This document shows positions 1 to 12,164 of a stretch of DNA of 64,000 nucleotides, piece after piece. Below the pieces are notes generated by a model that made no database searches, was not told where the DNA came from, and worked only from the letters and a program-made list of their open reading frames with translations. Position 1 is the first letter of the stretch; every line of letters begins with the position of its first letter. The position numbers and the translations under genes are program-made. Origin of the DNA: Felis catus. Its lineage: Eukaryota. The stretch is taken from positions 27,282,001 to 27,346,000 of the forward strand of contig NC_058383.1 of NCBI RefSeq assembly GCF_018350175.1. The letters run 5' to 3'.

Positions 1-3000
1 AACAAGACAATCTCACCCAGCTATGGGAAGCTGTAGTCACTTCGCCCACCCTCCTGATACTACCAAGACTGACCCTGGAGACACCCACAGACCCTGGAAT
101 CGTGGAGAGCAACTGGCCCTCGCACTCTCCCCTCCACCATATGACCCTGCCTGGCATGTGACATCCTCCCTCAGGCTCAGTGTACGTGAGTAACTCCTTC
201 CCATCTCCCCATCTCATCGGTCCAGTGCTGGATGCTGGGTGTGTGGCCAACCCCCCCAAAGGCCAGGAATCACTCCCTCACAGGCCACGGTGCTTCCCAA
301 GAAACCGAGGCCTGGTGAGACATCCACAGGATGGACTGTTGTCGCAAATCGGCAACCTCCCCCTTCCTTCCACGTGGAATCCAGGGCGGGGGGTGGGGTG
401 GGGGCGGTGGCCTAAGCCCAAGAAAGCAGCGAGCGCTCACGCACCTGGGGGGAGGCGAAACCCTGATTAACTGAACTCAACGGACCAGAACCATCGATTA
501 ACAGAGATCACCTTTTGCTTCCTCTCAGGAGACTCCGAGCTCAGAAAAGGGAGAAATGCACAGTTGAAAAAGAAAAACTGTTTTCTTAGCTTTTCCCAGG
601 TTCAGCTTTGATCCAGACCACTTTCCTTCATCATCGGGAGAACATGACTCATTGGAAATTTTCGAGAGTCATGTTTAAAAAAAAGAAAAAGAAAACAAAG
701 AAACGGGACAGATGGGTTTGAATAATCTTGTCAACCCAATATGTTCAACATAGTCTCATTTTGTCATATGACCAATATGAACAAGTATCAAGGCAGTATT
801 TTACCTGGTGTGGCTCATACTATCCACACCTAAGCACAGCTCACAGGACTCACTGCCCTTCAAGAGCTCTCTGGCCACCACGCTGGACAGCACAGGCTTG
901 GAACGAAGTCTGAAGGGACTGTTGAGAACGCCGATTCTGGGCAATTGTAACAAACGGGTCATCGGTCAATGACTGCTACTGTCTTCTCCCAACTGGTTCA
1001 TCACGATTAACAAGCACATCCTGGGCTGATTAACGAGCCATGAGGACCTGTGGTAGGGGGCAACCAAGACCTTTCTCCACAGCCAGGGTCTTTCCCAGCA
1101 GAAAGGTGGCCTCGACCCCATCACCTGCCTCCTTCTCAGCGTTGAGATAAGTGGGTGGTCTCTCCACCTCCTAAGGGAACTCACACTTTACAGCCAATAA
1201 ATACTTCTTTGGAAAGGCCTTTTTAACTGCTAACCACCTAGAAACGGGCAGAGTTTGATGGTGCCCACAAAGGCACCCCCAAAGACGAGAACAGCCAGGG
1301 AGGGGCAGTGACAAATCCCACACGAAAAAAAATCAACCATCGATGGAGCTGATACAGCTCAGAGGCCACTGCCTGCAAGGAAGGAGGGCTAACCCTCACG
1401 CGAGGCAGAGATCATCATGAGGAGAGAACGGAGGTCAGAAAAATGAATGAATTGACCCAACCTGCTGCAGAGGGAAATCCAGAAGCAGGAGGACAACAAG
1501 GAACACAGTCGCCCTTCTCAAATATCAGTCCTTCACCTGCTAACCTTTCTGATTTTGTCCTATCCATGGAGCATCTGCAGTTTTCTTTATTTATCAAAGC
1601 TCTTTCAATCAGCTCAGCTCTATTTTTCTTTAATGAACTAATTGAAAAAGGAAACATTACCCATAAACTTAAAAAAAAAAAACAATATAATTTGCCACAG
1701 GTAGAACGTCACTAGGGAAAGAAAACAATAGCTATTCAATTCTTTAAAGTCTGTTCATGCACTGCTTGAAATTATCTTGGGCGCCTCCGGTTCATATTGG
1801 ACACACCTGAGCTCTGCCTGGTGACCTGGGAAGATCCGCGCAGGAGAAGAGGTGGGGAAGACGTCCCAGGTGAGGTACACCGCAGGCACAAAGGTGCAGG
1901 AGTAGAGGTGCATGGAGCAGGAAAGGCAGGGAGGGAGCTGACATTCAGGTACGTGCAATGGATTGGACACATTGAGAACACGGACGGACTCCCTTTGCAA
2001 CTATTTGACAAGCAAGGACTTCAACAATAGTGTTCTCATAACTCCCAGTTAACCCTGTAACAATTAACCGGAGCCCCCCACCCCCAGCCTCTTATCCTCC
2101 TGGTTCCCAACACTGTCCTCTGATCGCATTTTTCTGGTGGTGGGTGGGGGGGGGGGGGAGTGGGGGTTGGGGAAGGAATCCAATTTCCGGGATGGTGATG
2201 TAATTCTACATGCAGATGTCCAAGGTCAGGGTGAGGGGGGGTGGGAAGGGAGACAAGGTGTGTAGTCAAAGGCCAAGGAGAGGTTGTTGACACTGGAAGC
2301 CCATGCCCCACTGGACAGTGTGTCATTTCTCCCAGGGCCATCCAGGTCTCCAGACAGACACACATGCCTTGTGAAAGGTCCACTTCTAAATTGGTCAGGC
2401 AAGTCTAGCCAGCCTCAATGCCACAGGGGGAAGAGCCGGTCTGATCTCTGATCTCGCAGAGGGGACCTCTGCCCAAACACGGAGGCTTTTGCCAGTGTGT
2501 CAGACCAGCCCCCGTGTCTCTGCCGGGGGCTGCCTCCTCCGGCCGGGCCTGAAAACCTTGACAGTGAGGATCAGTCCCAGCGAAGACACTCGCCCGCATT
2601 CTCAGACGGAGTGCAGTGAGGCCTCCCTGCCGACGCAAGCCAGAGACAGTGCCTTAAAAAGCCCTTGGAAAAAAAAGTCATATATTCCGCAATACGATAT
2701 TCATTAGACGCTATCATGGCATTTTATAAGGTCGTATATAACGCCAGCTGTAGCTGTAAAAAAATTTATTATTCAGATCCAGGAAGGCATATAAATCCCT
2801 GCAAAGTGCAGGTTTTTCTTTTTAAAAAGTGGTTTAATTCTTCCTACCTTTTGCTTCTATTCATTCCTGGGAGACTGAACTTGAAAATCTGCCCAAGCTC
2901 CTGGGTGCAAGATTCCATATTGCTCGGTCCAAGGACGACCCCCACCCCCATCCCCCACAGCACTATCAGGGCTCCATCTTCTGGGAAAGCAGAGTGAGGG

Positions 3001-3487
3001 GCTCCAGAAGGTCTCCTGCACTCCACCTGTTCCTTGACAACCTCACTAGGTACTGCGCCCCTTCCCATGCCCAGGGAGTACTTAGTCTTCCCACTGAACT
3101 TGTCCTTTCCTCACGCATTCCTCTCCTAACTTCTTCTGTGCCCTACTCTCACTTGCCCAAATACTACCCTGCCCAGTCTTTTTAATGGCCCCTGAAATAC
3201 GTCCCCTACTCTCCCTTCTGTCACTGCTCCAGTTCAGGCCTTCTTCTTGGCTCTTCTGGATTAAAGGTCCCCTCTCTGGTCCCCTGCCTCCCAGTCTGTT
3301 CCCCATGCGGCAGCCAGAGCGATCTTCCCAAGCTGACCTCAGACTCTCCCGCCCAAAACCCTTCAGTGCTGCCCCCCTGCCCATTAGGTCGATCTCAAGC
3401 TCCCTGATGCTATCCGGGCCTGTGCCCACTTCAACAGTCTCTTGCCGTTCTCTGCTCCTCCACCTGTGTTCCCTTCATACTGTGTGA

Positions 3488-3675
3488 TGTTATTTGAGAA
3501 AGAGACTCAGAGCATACACGGGCACGCCCAAGTAGAGGAGGGGCAGAGACAGACAGAATCTTCAGCAGGCTCCGTGCTCAGTGCAGAGCCAGACGCCATG
3601 ACCCTGGGATCATGATCTGAGCTGAAATCAAAAGTCAGAGGCTCAACCAACTGAGCCACCCAGATAGATGTCCCT
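3488..3675 (-). mobile_element. Older carnivore SINE (CanSINE)
   Basis: Reverse-complement CanSINE motifs (gatcatgatctgagctgaaatcaaaagtcagaggctcaaccaactgagccaccca) and a (GA)-rich tract. Confidence 0.85.
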
Positions 3676-3765
3676 GGTGATTTCTTGATAGGACCCGTTA
3701 TTTCAGCTCTGTTTTCTCTGGGAATGTTCTGTCATCCCAGCCTCTCCTGGTCTGGTCTCACTCAC

Positions 3766-3894
3766 CCTTGAGGACATGGTGTGGCCAACAGCTCCAACGA
3801 GAAGCCTTCTGGGATTCCTCCAGGTTGTCCTGTTTCCTCCTATATCATCACGGATCCAATACCACCCCACAAGAAAGAAACAGCAAAAGTCCAT
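3766..3894 (-). CDS. Possible first coding segment. Either ATG 3777 (CACACC-ATG-T, encodes MSSR) or in-frame upstream ATG 3894 (43 aa), followed by a phase-0 intron
   Basis: The ORF is open from ATG 3894, which is directly preceded by an in-frame TAA, through to the splice donor. The downstream ATG has A at -3. No homology recognised. Confidence 0.35.
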
Positions 3895-3913
3895 TTATCT
3901 TACAACAGTTCAA
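3766..3913 (-). other. Candidate spliced exon (148 nt) of an unidentified minus-strand host gene; 5'UTR/start-codon exon or non-coding exon
   Basis: Minus strand has acceptor gtc(t12)ccctccacctgatcatttgtAG| with about 68 nt free of AG upstream, and donor AAGG|GTGAGT (plus strand actcac 3760-3765). All three frames read from the acceptor hit stops, so it cannot be an internal coding exon. The sequence is non-repetitive. Confidence 0.65.
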
Positions 3914-4043
3914 CTACAAATGATCAGGTGGAGGGAAAAAAAAAAAAGACAGGGCCACACATCATTTACATAATGTGGGTGACCCTGTTCACCATTTCAT
4001 TCAGCAGGTATACACCATTTTGCAATGGTTTTTCTGTCAAGTG

Positions 4044-4850
4044 CAGGGATGTCCGTGGACTCGGCGAGGGGGGAGGGGGTGGAGTGAACGGTGGGTAGAG
4101 AGAATTCTGGGGGTCTTAGATTCATACATATTCCTTTTCGTAATTATTTTCACTAACTCTAACTCAATTTTGCTGTGTCCTTTAGCTATGAATGCAGGCA
4201 CCAGACTGCAGGGGTATTACCAAGACCTGAGACTGACATGAGTGGAAATTACAGATATTTTCCTATCACACTGCTTTGGTAGCAGATGCTGAAAATATTA
4301 CTTATACTTGTCACTACCTCAAAATTATGATACTTATTAGACCTGCAGCCAAATCTAGTTACTTAATGTGTTAGTAAAGATGCAAATGCATTAATTGCTC
4401 CACACATATTTTATGTTTATATATATTTTGCTAGCTGTATTTCGACGCAACTGCTTTCTTTTGTAATCCTTTGCAGCTAGGTTTTTTTTTTTTTTTTTTT
4501 TTTTTTTGCATTTCAATGTTATTTTGGGGCGCCTGGGTGGCTCAGTCAGTTAAGCATCCGAATCGGGCTCTGGTCATGATCTCCAGGTTCTTGAGTTCCA
4601 GCCCCACATCGGGCTCTGTGCTGACAGCTCAAAGCCTATGGAATTCTGTCTCTTACCTCCCTCTCTCTCTGCTCTTTCCCCCTCTTGTGTGCGCTCGCTC
4701 CCTCTCTCGCTCTCTCTCAAAAATAAACATTTAAAATATTTTTTAAAAAAGAGTGGAAAACGAAAAAATTAAAAATGTGTATCATTCAGAGAAGGGACCA
4801 CAGACTTCTCAGGATGCCAAAGGGGACCGTGACACAGGAGAGGTTCAAAC
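4044..4850. mobile_element. Degenerate hAT-Charlie-type DNA transposon interrupted by a SINE
   Basis: AT-rich body. The end cattcagagaagggaccacagacttctcaggatgccaaaggggaccgtgacacaggagaggtt resembles Charlie-family termini. Confidence 0.5.
4526..4750 (+). mobile_element. CanSINE (SINEC_Fc-type)
   Basis: Head GGGGCGCCTGGGTGGCTCAGTCAGTTAAG, (CT)n tract, AATAAA and A-rich tail. Confidence 0.95.
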
Positions 4851-5386
4851 ACGATGCTCTAGATGGGAGTTCCCCGAGCACAGCGCCCTGGGTCCTTCAT
4901 GTCCCAATGCCCGGTACCTGGAGAAGTGGCCAGTATATAGCAGGGATATTTTCTTAAAATAGGAACTGAGATATTCTATTATCCATCTTCCTTCCTTCTT
5001 CCCGTTTACCTGTTGTCTTCGATCTTGTTCTCCATCTGTGTGATCCAATGCACAGTTCTAACTACTGATAGCTCCGTATGTAACTGGCCCCTAGATCCAC
5101 TTCCGCCGTGCAGCTGGGGACTTGGTCAGAAGGCAGTGCGATTTAGTATGAAAAAGGGGACACGGTCTCCTTGCATGGCACATGCCTGCCACGTGCCTAG
5201 CGCTCAGCTCTGTCTCCAGTGCTCACAGCACAGGCTGGGGCCTCAAGCCCAGGTCCCACCACAGGCCAGAGTCTCCTCCACCTGCTTTCCAAAGCCCAGA
5301 GACACTTTGGCTTTTGTTTTCAAAATATCCGGGTGGTTAAGCCTTAAAGGAGAGTCACGGCTATTACCAAATACGCTGAGCTACGC

Positions 5387-5600
5387 GGCATGGTGGTTAA
5401 GAGTTCTTTTTAGGTCCCAATACCGGCTCCCTACTTCGTCTCCACATGATGCGTGACCTTGGGCAACACTGACCTCACCCCTCTCCATACCTCCATTTCA
5501 CTGTCTGGGAGGGAGAATGCGAACCCTACCTCCTTATGCAGGGCTCATGGCAACATGAAGCGAGTTAACCCACGTCGAGTCCTTAGCACAATAGCTGGCT
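5387..5600 (+). mobile_element. MIR
   Basis: gcatggtggttaagag ... gtgaccttgggcaa ... cttagcacaatagctggc. Confidence 0.75.
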
Positions 5601-5714
5601 TGGCCAGCCTTAAGAATCATGTCTCCGAGGAGGCATCTTTTGGAACCCAGGAAAATGCAGCTAAGAAGTTAATCAACAGCTACCACTCTTAAAATACGCT
5701 CCACCCCACTCACA

Positions 5715-6510
5715 CATCAAATGCAAATCATACCAGCAAGACAGTGTTTTTACCCCTTAGTTTGACACAGATGATAAAGATGACGATTACCAGTGCTTTG
5801 GAGAGTGGAAACAGGAAATCACTGTGATCGTCGATTTGAAGAAACCTCCCTAAGGTCAATTCAGCTACGACTGTCAAAATGGAAAACGCACATACCCTTT
5901 GACTCACGGTCCCAAATCCAGTTCACCCTACAGATCTAGCCACCCAGCTGTGAGAAAGCGTGTGTACGAGAACGACAGTGTTAAGATGGGGGGTGGGGGT
6001 GGGGGTGGGGGGAGAAGAAACTACCTAAACGTCCACCAATAGGAAATCAGTTACATACACGAGAAAATAACTCATTCAACTTGTACTTACTGAACAGTTT
6101 CTACACATTAACGCCATGCCGAGTGCTGGATGGAGAGCTGGACGACACAGAAAGCAGTTAAAAATTGTAAGGAAGAGCAGTGTGTGCAGATACGATAGCC
6201 AATGGGGGTAAGATACAAAGAAACCATGCGTGATTAGAAAATATGTTTCGTTAGATTCCAGTTCAAGGAAACAAAATCCCTGCCTATGCACACATGCGCT
6301 TGCGCGCGCGCACACACTCACACACACCCCACACGTGTTAATATGCAAAGGAAGGTCTAGGAGAGGAAATGAGAAAAAGGTTAATGGTTGCTGCCTCTGA
6401 AGACTGGAGAAAAGGGTATGCGAGATCGACTTCTCACTGAATACTCTTTGTATTATTTTATTTTATTTTATTTTATTTTTTTACTTTCTATCATGTGCTT
6501 ATATTGCTTT
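5715..6510 (+). mobile_element. Old L1 (L1ME-like) 3' fragment
   Basis: aaatgcaaatca..., cacataccctttgactc, aaacgtccaccaatagg, ttaatggttgctgcctctg are typical of the L1M 3' region. Confidence 0.65.
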
Positions 6511-6514
6511 ACAT

Positions 6515-7190
6515 CCTTCTAATCCACAGTAAATTCCCTGGCTCTGCCCTCACAAGTATCCAGAAGGAAACCACTTCTCTGCGTCTCCACAGTTAGCACC
6601 CTGGTGCAAACCACCACTACAATGCCCTGTCTATTTTGACAGCCTCTGCCCTTGCCCAACTCCCTATTCCTGCTCTTGACCAACAATAGTGCACTTGCAG
6701 TACAGCGGCCACCGAACCAAGTCAGGCCACGTCAGTCTTCTGCTCAAAATCATCCAAAGGCTTGCCTTTCTCAGTTGAACAAGATGCTAATGATCTGCCT
6801 GCACCTTCACCCCCCTTTTCCCTTGCTCACTCCTGCTTCTAAGGTGCAATGACCGTTCCAAGCACATCCCACCCCAGGGCCTTTGCACTGGCTGCTCTCT
6901 CCAGGGCTTGCCCACTCATACTCTTGAGGTCTCTGCCTGAATGTTGCCTGATCTCCATGCTCTCCTTGGTTCCACCAAAGTTGAAGGGTAATCCCTCCCC
7001 TGCCTAGCTTTCCTCCTCAACACTTGTCAATATCTGATATAAACATATAAACACACATCTCTTATTTGTAATCTATCTAGAATGAGAGCTCATGAGGGCA
7101 GGACTTCTATCTTGCTCACTGCTGTATCTCTGACTCCTAAAACACTATCTGGCACAGAGAAAGCATTCAAAAAAGGTTCAACGAGTGAAC
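6515..7190 (+). mobile_element. L2 3' fragment
   Basis: cagggcctttgcactggctg; tagaatgagagctcatgagggcaggact; ctggcacagag followed by a degenerate tail. Confidence 0.8.
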
Positions 7191-7806
7191 TAGATCAATA
7201 ACATAATAACGAAATAATACAAAGTACTATTGATAAACACTATGAAAAATAAACCCAAAGAAGACCTCAACCGCCTCCCAAATTTATTAATAAATAATAA
7301 AAATCAAAACCAAACACATTCCAGCCACAGCCGTCCTCGGAGAACAGGGTGGGGGAACACCCAAGGACAAACTAACAGGTAAACACCTAATAGCCAGCAC
7401 AGCACACAGCAGCCTGGTTGTTTTAGGCTGGCGCTCGACACACAGGCCTCTTTCATGGAGTCGAGAGAGTAAAGACCAGCCTGTACGAATGCAGTACAGT
7501 GACAGTCCAGTAAGTAGGAGTAAAGACCGGCCAGTTTGAACCCATCGCAGCGTCAGCTCCAAAGCCACAGACTATTTCCGGGTGTCAGGCGAGCCCACAC
7601 CCTCCTCAGACAGCCACACTGTGGCAAATCTGCCAGCCCTATGCCTGTGTCTTCAAGGGGATGGGGTTCAAGGGCCAGGCCTGGGATTCAGCCTTCGCGC
7701 TGCCGTGATTCAAAGCTGCGGCTTGAGAGGTCATCCCCCAGGAGCACACCAAGGCCTCTCACCCTCCTGTGCTTCAGGGTTTGCTGGGTGTCAAAAGGAA
7801 GAAGAA

Positions 7807-7982
7807 GGGTGCCTGGGCGGCTCAGTCCATCAAGTGTCTGACTTCAGCTCAGGTCACCTGACAGTCCAGGGTCCCTCCTGTCAGCACAGAGCTCACTTCG
7901 GATCCCCTGTCCTCCTCTCTCTCTGCCCTTCCCCCACTTGCACTCTGTTTCTCAAAACAAACCTTAAAAAATTTGTTTTAAA
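7807..7982 (+). mobile_element. CanSINE, internally deleted
   Basis: Head gggtgcctgggcggctcagt, CT tract and A-rich tail. Imperfect flanking repeat aaagga..gaagaag. Confidence 0.85.
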
Positions 7983-8227
7983 GGATCGAAGAAGAAACAT
8001 TTTAACTTTCCTCCATATCTCATCTCACCCACCCTGACAGGCTTGGCAGGTGCTAATTTATTTATAACCCAGCCAATAGGAAGTCACTTGAGAGAAAAAA
8101 AAAAAACCTTAAATTCCAGTGACATTTATATGGAGGTGTTCAGCCAGTGGACTTCACCTAACCCTCATGAGCAATCCTTTCAGACAGTCAACAGACTTTC
8201 ACACAATCCCTACAAACTCACTTAGGT

Positions 8228-8429
8228 CAGTGGTTCTCAGCTGGGGTGGATTGTGCCACCAGGAGACTGGTGACCACGTCTGGAGACATTTTTGGTTCTT
8301 ACAACTGGGGTGGGGTAGCAGGCGGAGGCCAGGGGTGCTGCTAAATATCTTACAGTACCCAGGACAGCCCCCCACAATGAAAAAATGATCCAGTCAAAAT
8401 ATCTGGGGTGTTTTGGCTGAACAACTCTG
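8228..8429 (+). mobile_element. MER20 (hAT-Charlie MITE)
   Basis: CAGTGGTTCTCA start; tctggagacatttttggtt..acaactggg; gctgctaaatatcttacagtacccaggacagccccc. Confidence 0.85.
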
Positions 8430-8560
8430 CACAAAGGAGGCTGCCCTGGGGAAAGGAGACCCTTCAAAGACATACTGGCTGGAGACAGAAGAACAGAATT
8501 GAGAACACCTAGTCCACGCTCTACCTTCAGGCAGCTAAGATGGTTCTGGCAGCCAACTTT

Positions 8561-8774
8561 TTCTTTTTTTTTCAACGTTATTTATTTTTGGGACAGAGAG
8601 AGACAGAGCATGAACGGGGGAGGGGCAGAGAGAGAGGGAGACACAGAATCGGAAGCAGGCTCCAGGCTCCGAGCCGTCAGCCCAGAGCCTGATGCGGGGC
8701 TCGAACCCACGGACGGCGAGATCATGACCTGGCTGAAGTCGGACACTTAACCGACTGCGCCACCCAGGCGCCCC
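8561..8774 (-). mobile_element. Young feline SINE (SINEC_Fc) with perfect 15-bp TSD
   Basis: CpG-rich near-consensus body. TSD CTGGCAGCCAACTTT at 8546-8560 and 8775-8789. Confidence 0.97.
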
Positions 8775-10123
8775 CTGGCAGCCAACTTTCTAAGAAAGCT
8801 GCTGGAAATTCTTAACCCTGGGCCCCTTCCTTACCACTAGCTGACTTCTAGAGGCTCCTTTACTTTCCAATTTCTCAGAACTCCTCCAACCTCCTTTCCC
8901 CCTGCTTAAAAAAAAGAAAGAAAAAAATCCCAGAACAATGGCAGGCCAGTGGGAGATACCCATCAGCAGGCTCGTATATCACTTTGGATCTTAGGCCACA
9001 TAATAAAAAGCCACCTCCCACTCCCCCATAACCAATGTCAGACTGTAATTGGGGCAGCGAGGCCTCTCTTAACGGCTGGAGTTTCTTCCTGCATCGAGCT
9101 GGCTGGGGTTTTCCTTCTTGGGACAGTAAAACAGCACCACTGTCCTTGGCCCCACCCATCTGGCACCTGCACCAGAGCTAACTTCAGTTTTCCATCCTTC
9201 CTTTCCTCTCTTCCTTGCAGTGGAAAAACAGAGCTACAGTTCCCAGAAGAAAATTAGAAGGGCTTATCATTATTAATAAGATGTTCCTTTTCAGGAAGGC
9301 AATTGAACACAGCGGGAGGGTTGTGCTGAGCTGGAGCTGGGGCCAGCTAACCGCCTCATCCTGCTGGGAGAGGACTCACCAGCTCCCCAGACAGGACCAG
9401 TTGGGCTGGAGAAATGGCAACAGAAGGCACAGGGAGGAGCAGGAGCACTTCTGAGAAAACAGATTCAAAGGCTAGAAAGGCGGTATTTCCTGGGGGTGTG
9501 ACGGTGAACAGGGAGAGTTTGCCAAGCCGTGCTGGCTGGCAGAAACAATCTGTCTTCTGTCCGTCTGTCTGCTGTGGGCTACAGGGAGGAGCCAATGGCC
9601 TGCCCTCCCCACCCCTGCTGTGTTGTTACCATCAACCTCAGTCCCTTCCCCAGGTGAGACAGCTCTTCCCGGCCTTGTAGTCATGACAGACAGAATGTGT
9701 GTGAGTGGCTGTTGAGACTCAGAGCATAGTGTCCCCTGCCTGGGACATCTCTTCTCACATACATGGGTCCCAGGATGATTTACCAGCACAGTGGTGTGTA
9801 GAATGTTCGTGTCTCTGTTTGGGGGGAGTGGTCACCAACAGAATGACAGCTACGATGCCCTGCCCAGAAAAATACTCACGCCATTGACAACTGGGCATTT
9901 AGTTTCAATAGCTTCCCCATTCCCTCGCAACCATTGTGAGGACTTTCTTTGGCTTGAAGGTAGACCCCCACTCCTACTTTACAAAAACATGGCATGAAAT
10001 GACAGTCGCTCACTCCAGCAATGCTGTTAGCAAAGGGCTGGGGGCAGGCTTCATGTCCAAGGCAGGGTTCCCAAAGGAAACATATACTACTCTCCTAGGG
10101 AATAAGCAAACAGTTGTTTCCGT

Positions 10124-10305
10124 AGAGAGAGTGTGTGCACATATGTGTACCAGTGAAAGAAAGAGGCAGACCAAAAAAGAATCTTAAGCAGACTACATGC
10201 TCAGCGTGGAGCCCAACCCAGGGCTCTATCCCATGACCCTGGGCTCGTGAACAGAGCCAAAATCAAGAGTTGGACACTCAACCGACTGACCCACCCAGGT
10301 GCCCC
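10124..10305 (-). mobile_element. Older CanSINE
   Basis: aaatcaagagttggacactcaaccgactgacccacccaggtgcccc is the reverse-complement head. Confidence 0.85.
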
Positions 10306-11449
10306 CATAACAAGACCCTTTCTAAGGGAAACAAAGCAGGGCTGGCCACAATGGGGAGCTGGCACCACCCTGAAGAGTGGTGTTACCAGATCCTGAAGAA
10401 TACAGCTATCATAGCAGCTCTCTGGGAGCTGTGGCCTTCACAGGGAGACACATGGAAAACGACCCCCAACCCACTGTCATCCCACCTTCCCATCTCCTGC
10501 CAGTGCCTCCCCCTAGTGGAAGCCATGAGAAGTCACACTGATGAAATCCATCAAGGTCAAGCCTCTGAGGGCCCAGAGACAGGAAAAGAAAGGTTGACAG
10601 CGGATCTGCTGGGGCAAGGGGAGAGGAGACACCCCCAACACACTTCATGTCAGTACGTCAGGAGCACGATGGTCTTGGACCAAGTGTTTAAATTCTTGAC
10701 GCCTCTGGGTCTGCACCTGCTAAGGAGGGGGCCCAGAGTCCCCTCCCCGGGCACGGCTGTCAGGATGAGAGGAGATCACCTCCAAGAGGCACTTAACCAA
10801 GTCCTACATGCAAATAATGTATAGCAAGGAACATCGGAGGCCCTCTTCTGTGATATTCTGCAAGTCTGGGCCCTGGACATTGAGTTTTACATGCCTCATA
10901 CACCTGGACTTCCATCAGGCTGCTGTTTCATGTGAAAAGCGATTTTCCTGAGTTATCTTGATAACTAGAACCTCAAAACCCAGCCTGAACATTCCAGCAC
11001 TGGACCCTGCTCTTTTGAAGCTCGCTGGTTTGCACAGCCCTGCCCAAAAACGCCCGTGGAGAAGACAGACTGAGCTTCAAACACGCTGGTACGTTTGATA
11101 TTTCCACCAAACAGCAGCACTGCCTCCTCACCCAGGCTTTGGCTTGCAACTCCATGCAAATCTGGCGACACTGCCTTGTTGCTCAGTGGGCAGCACAGCA
11201 GGCTCCTGACTCTGTGCTTAAAGAGGGGGTGTGAGGAGTCTCTCTAAGAAGATGCGCCTGCCAGAAAGGAAATGTGGGTGTCCACTCCCCCATGGGCCGC
11301 CACTTTGCTTCCCCTCTGCAGGGCGAAACTTCCCACAGCCTGGAGGTTTGGTTCCTCACCTGCACGCCACTCCGCATGGACAGCTGTTTCCAGACCCATC
11401 TGCCTGGGGTTGCCAAGTGAGCGTTCTCCATCACTCGTATGTGCTTCTA

Positions 11450-11770
11450 CTGATAACTGCATCTCTAGCTGTAGCTACATCTGCATCTAAACTATCTTTA
11501 CCTCTGTATCATACATTATAGTGTATACATGATACATGCATGCAGCATCATATGTATATACATTAGAATGCTACAAATTGAAGATACATAGATTAGCTAT
11601 ATGGTCATATTTTGGTAATATACATTACATCTGATTTAGGATATACATATTACAATGTGTGCATTGTACATGACACATATTGTATATAATTCACAGGTCT
11701 ACAACCATGTTTGTATCTGCACACCTACCTCTTATCTCTACATCCAATCTGTACATTTCATGTGTATCCT
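11450..11770. repeat. Degenerate TA/CA-rich low-complexity tract
   Basis: Recurrent tataca/tacat/atatg words with alternating purine-pyrimidine character. Confidence 0.6.
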
Positions 11771-11853
11771 CAGCAACCAAGTAGTAAAAGAGATCATGTT
11801 TCTAATTCAGCCTCTACCACTTACTAACCGAATTACCTTTAAAAGAACAATTG

Positions 11854-12067
11854 GGGGCAACTGGGTGGCTCAGGTGGTTGAGGGTCCAGCTCTTGATTTT
11901 GGCTCAGGTCATTATCCTGCAGTTCGCAGGATGGAGCCCTATGCTGGGATCTGTGCTGGCAGCGTGAAGCGTGTTTGGGAGCCTCGCTCTCTCTCACCCT
12001 GCCCAGCTCACATGTGCACACTCACCCACTCTCTCAAAAATAAACATTTAAAAAATAATAAATAAAA
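11854..12067 (+). mobile_element. CanSINE inserted into a MIR
   Basis: Head ggggcaactgggtggctcag and tail aaataaacatttaaaaa. MIR sequence continues on both sides. Confidence 0.92.
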
Positions 12068-12164
12068 GGAAACTTGGTCTCCGTGGCCTTCCAGTCGGCT
12101 CATCTGGAAGATGGGCTAAGATTAGTACCTGTCTCATGGGGTTGTGGTACCTGACAAATGAAAG

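Noticed and set aside
8499..8750. Recurring ORF peptides such as MNGGGAEREGDTESEAGSRLRA (also near 26818, 41155, 54497)
   Set aside because: They are translations of CanSINE sequence, not a gene family.
10270..10824. 184-aa ORF
   Set aside because: It starts in a SINE and ends in MIR-like sequence.
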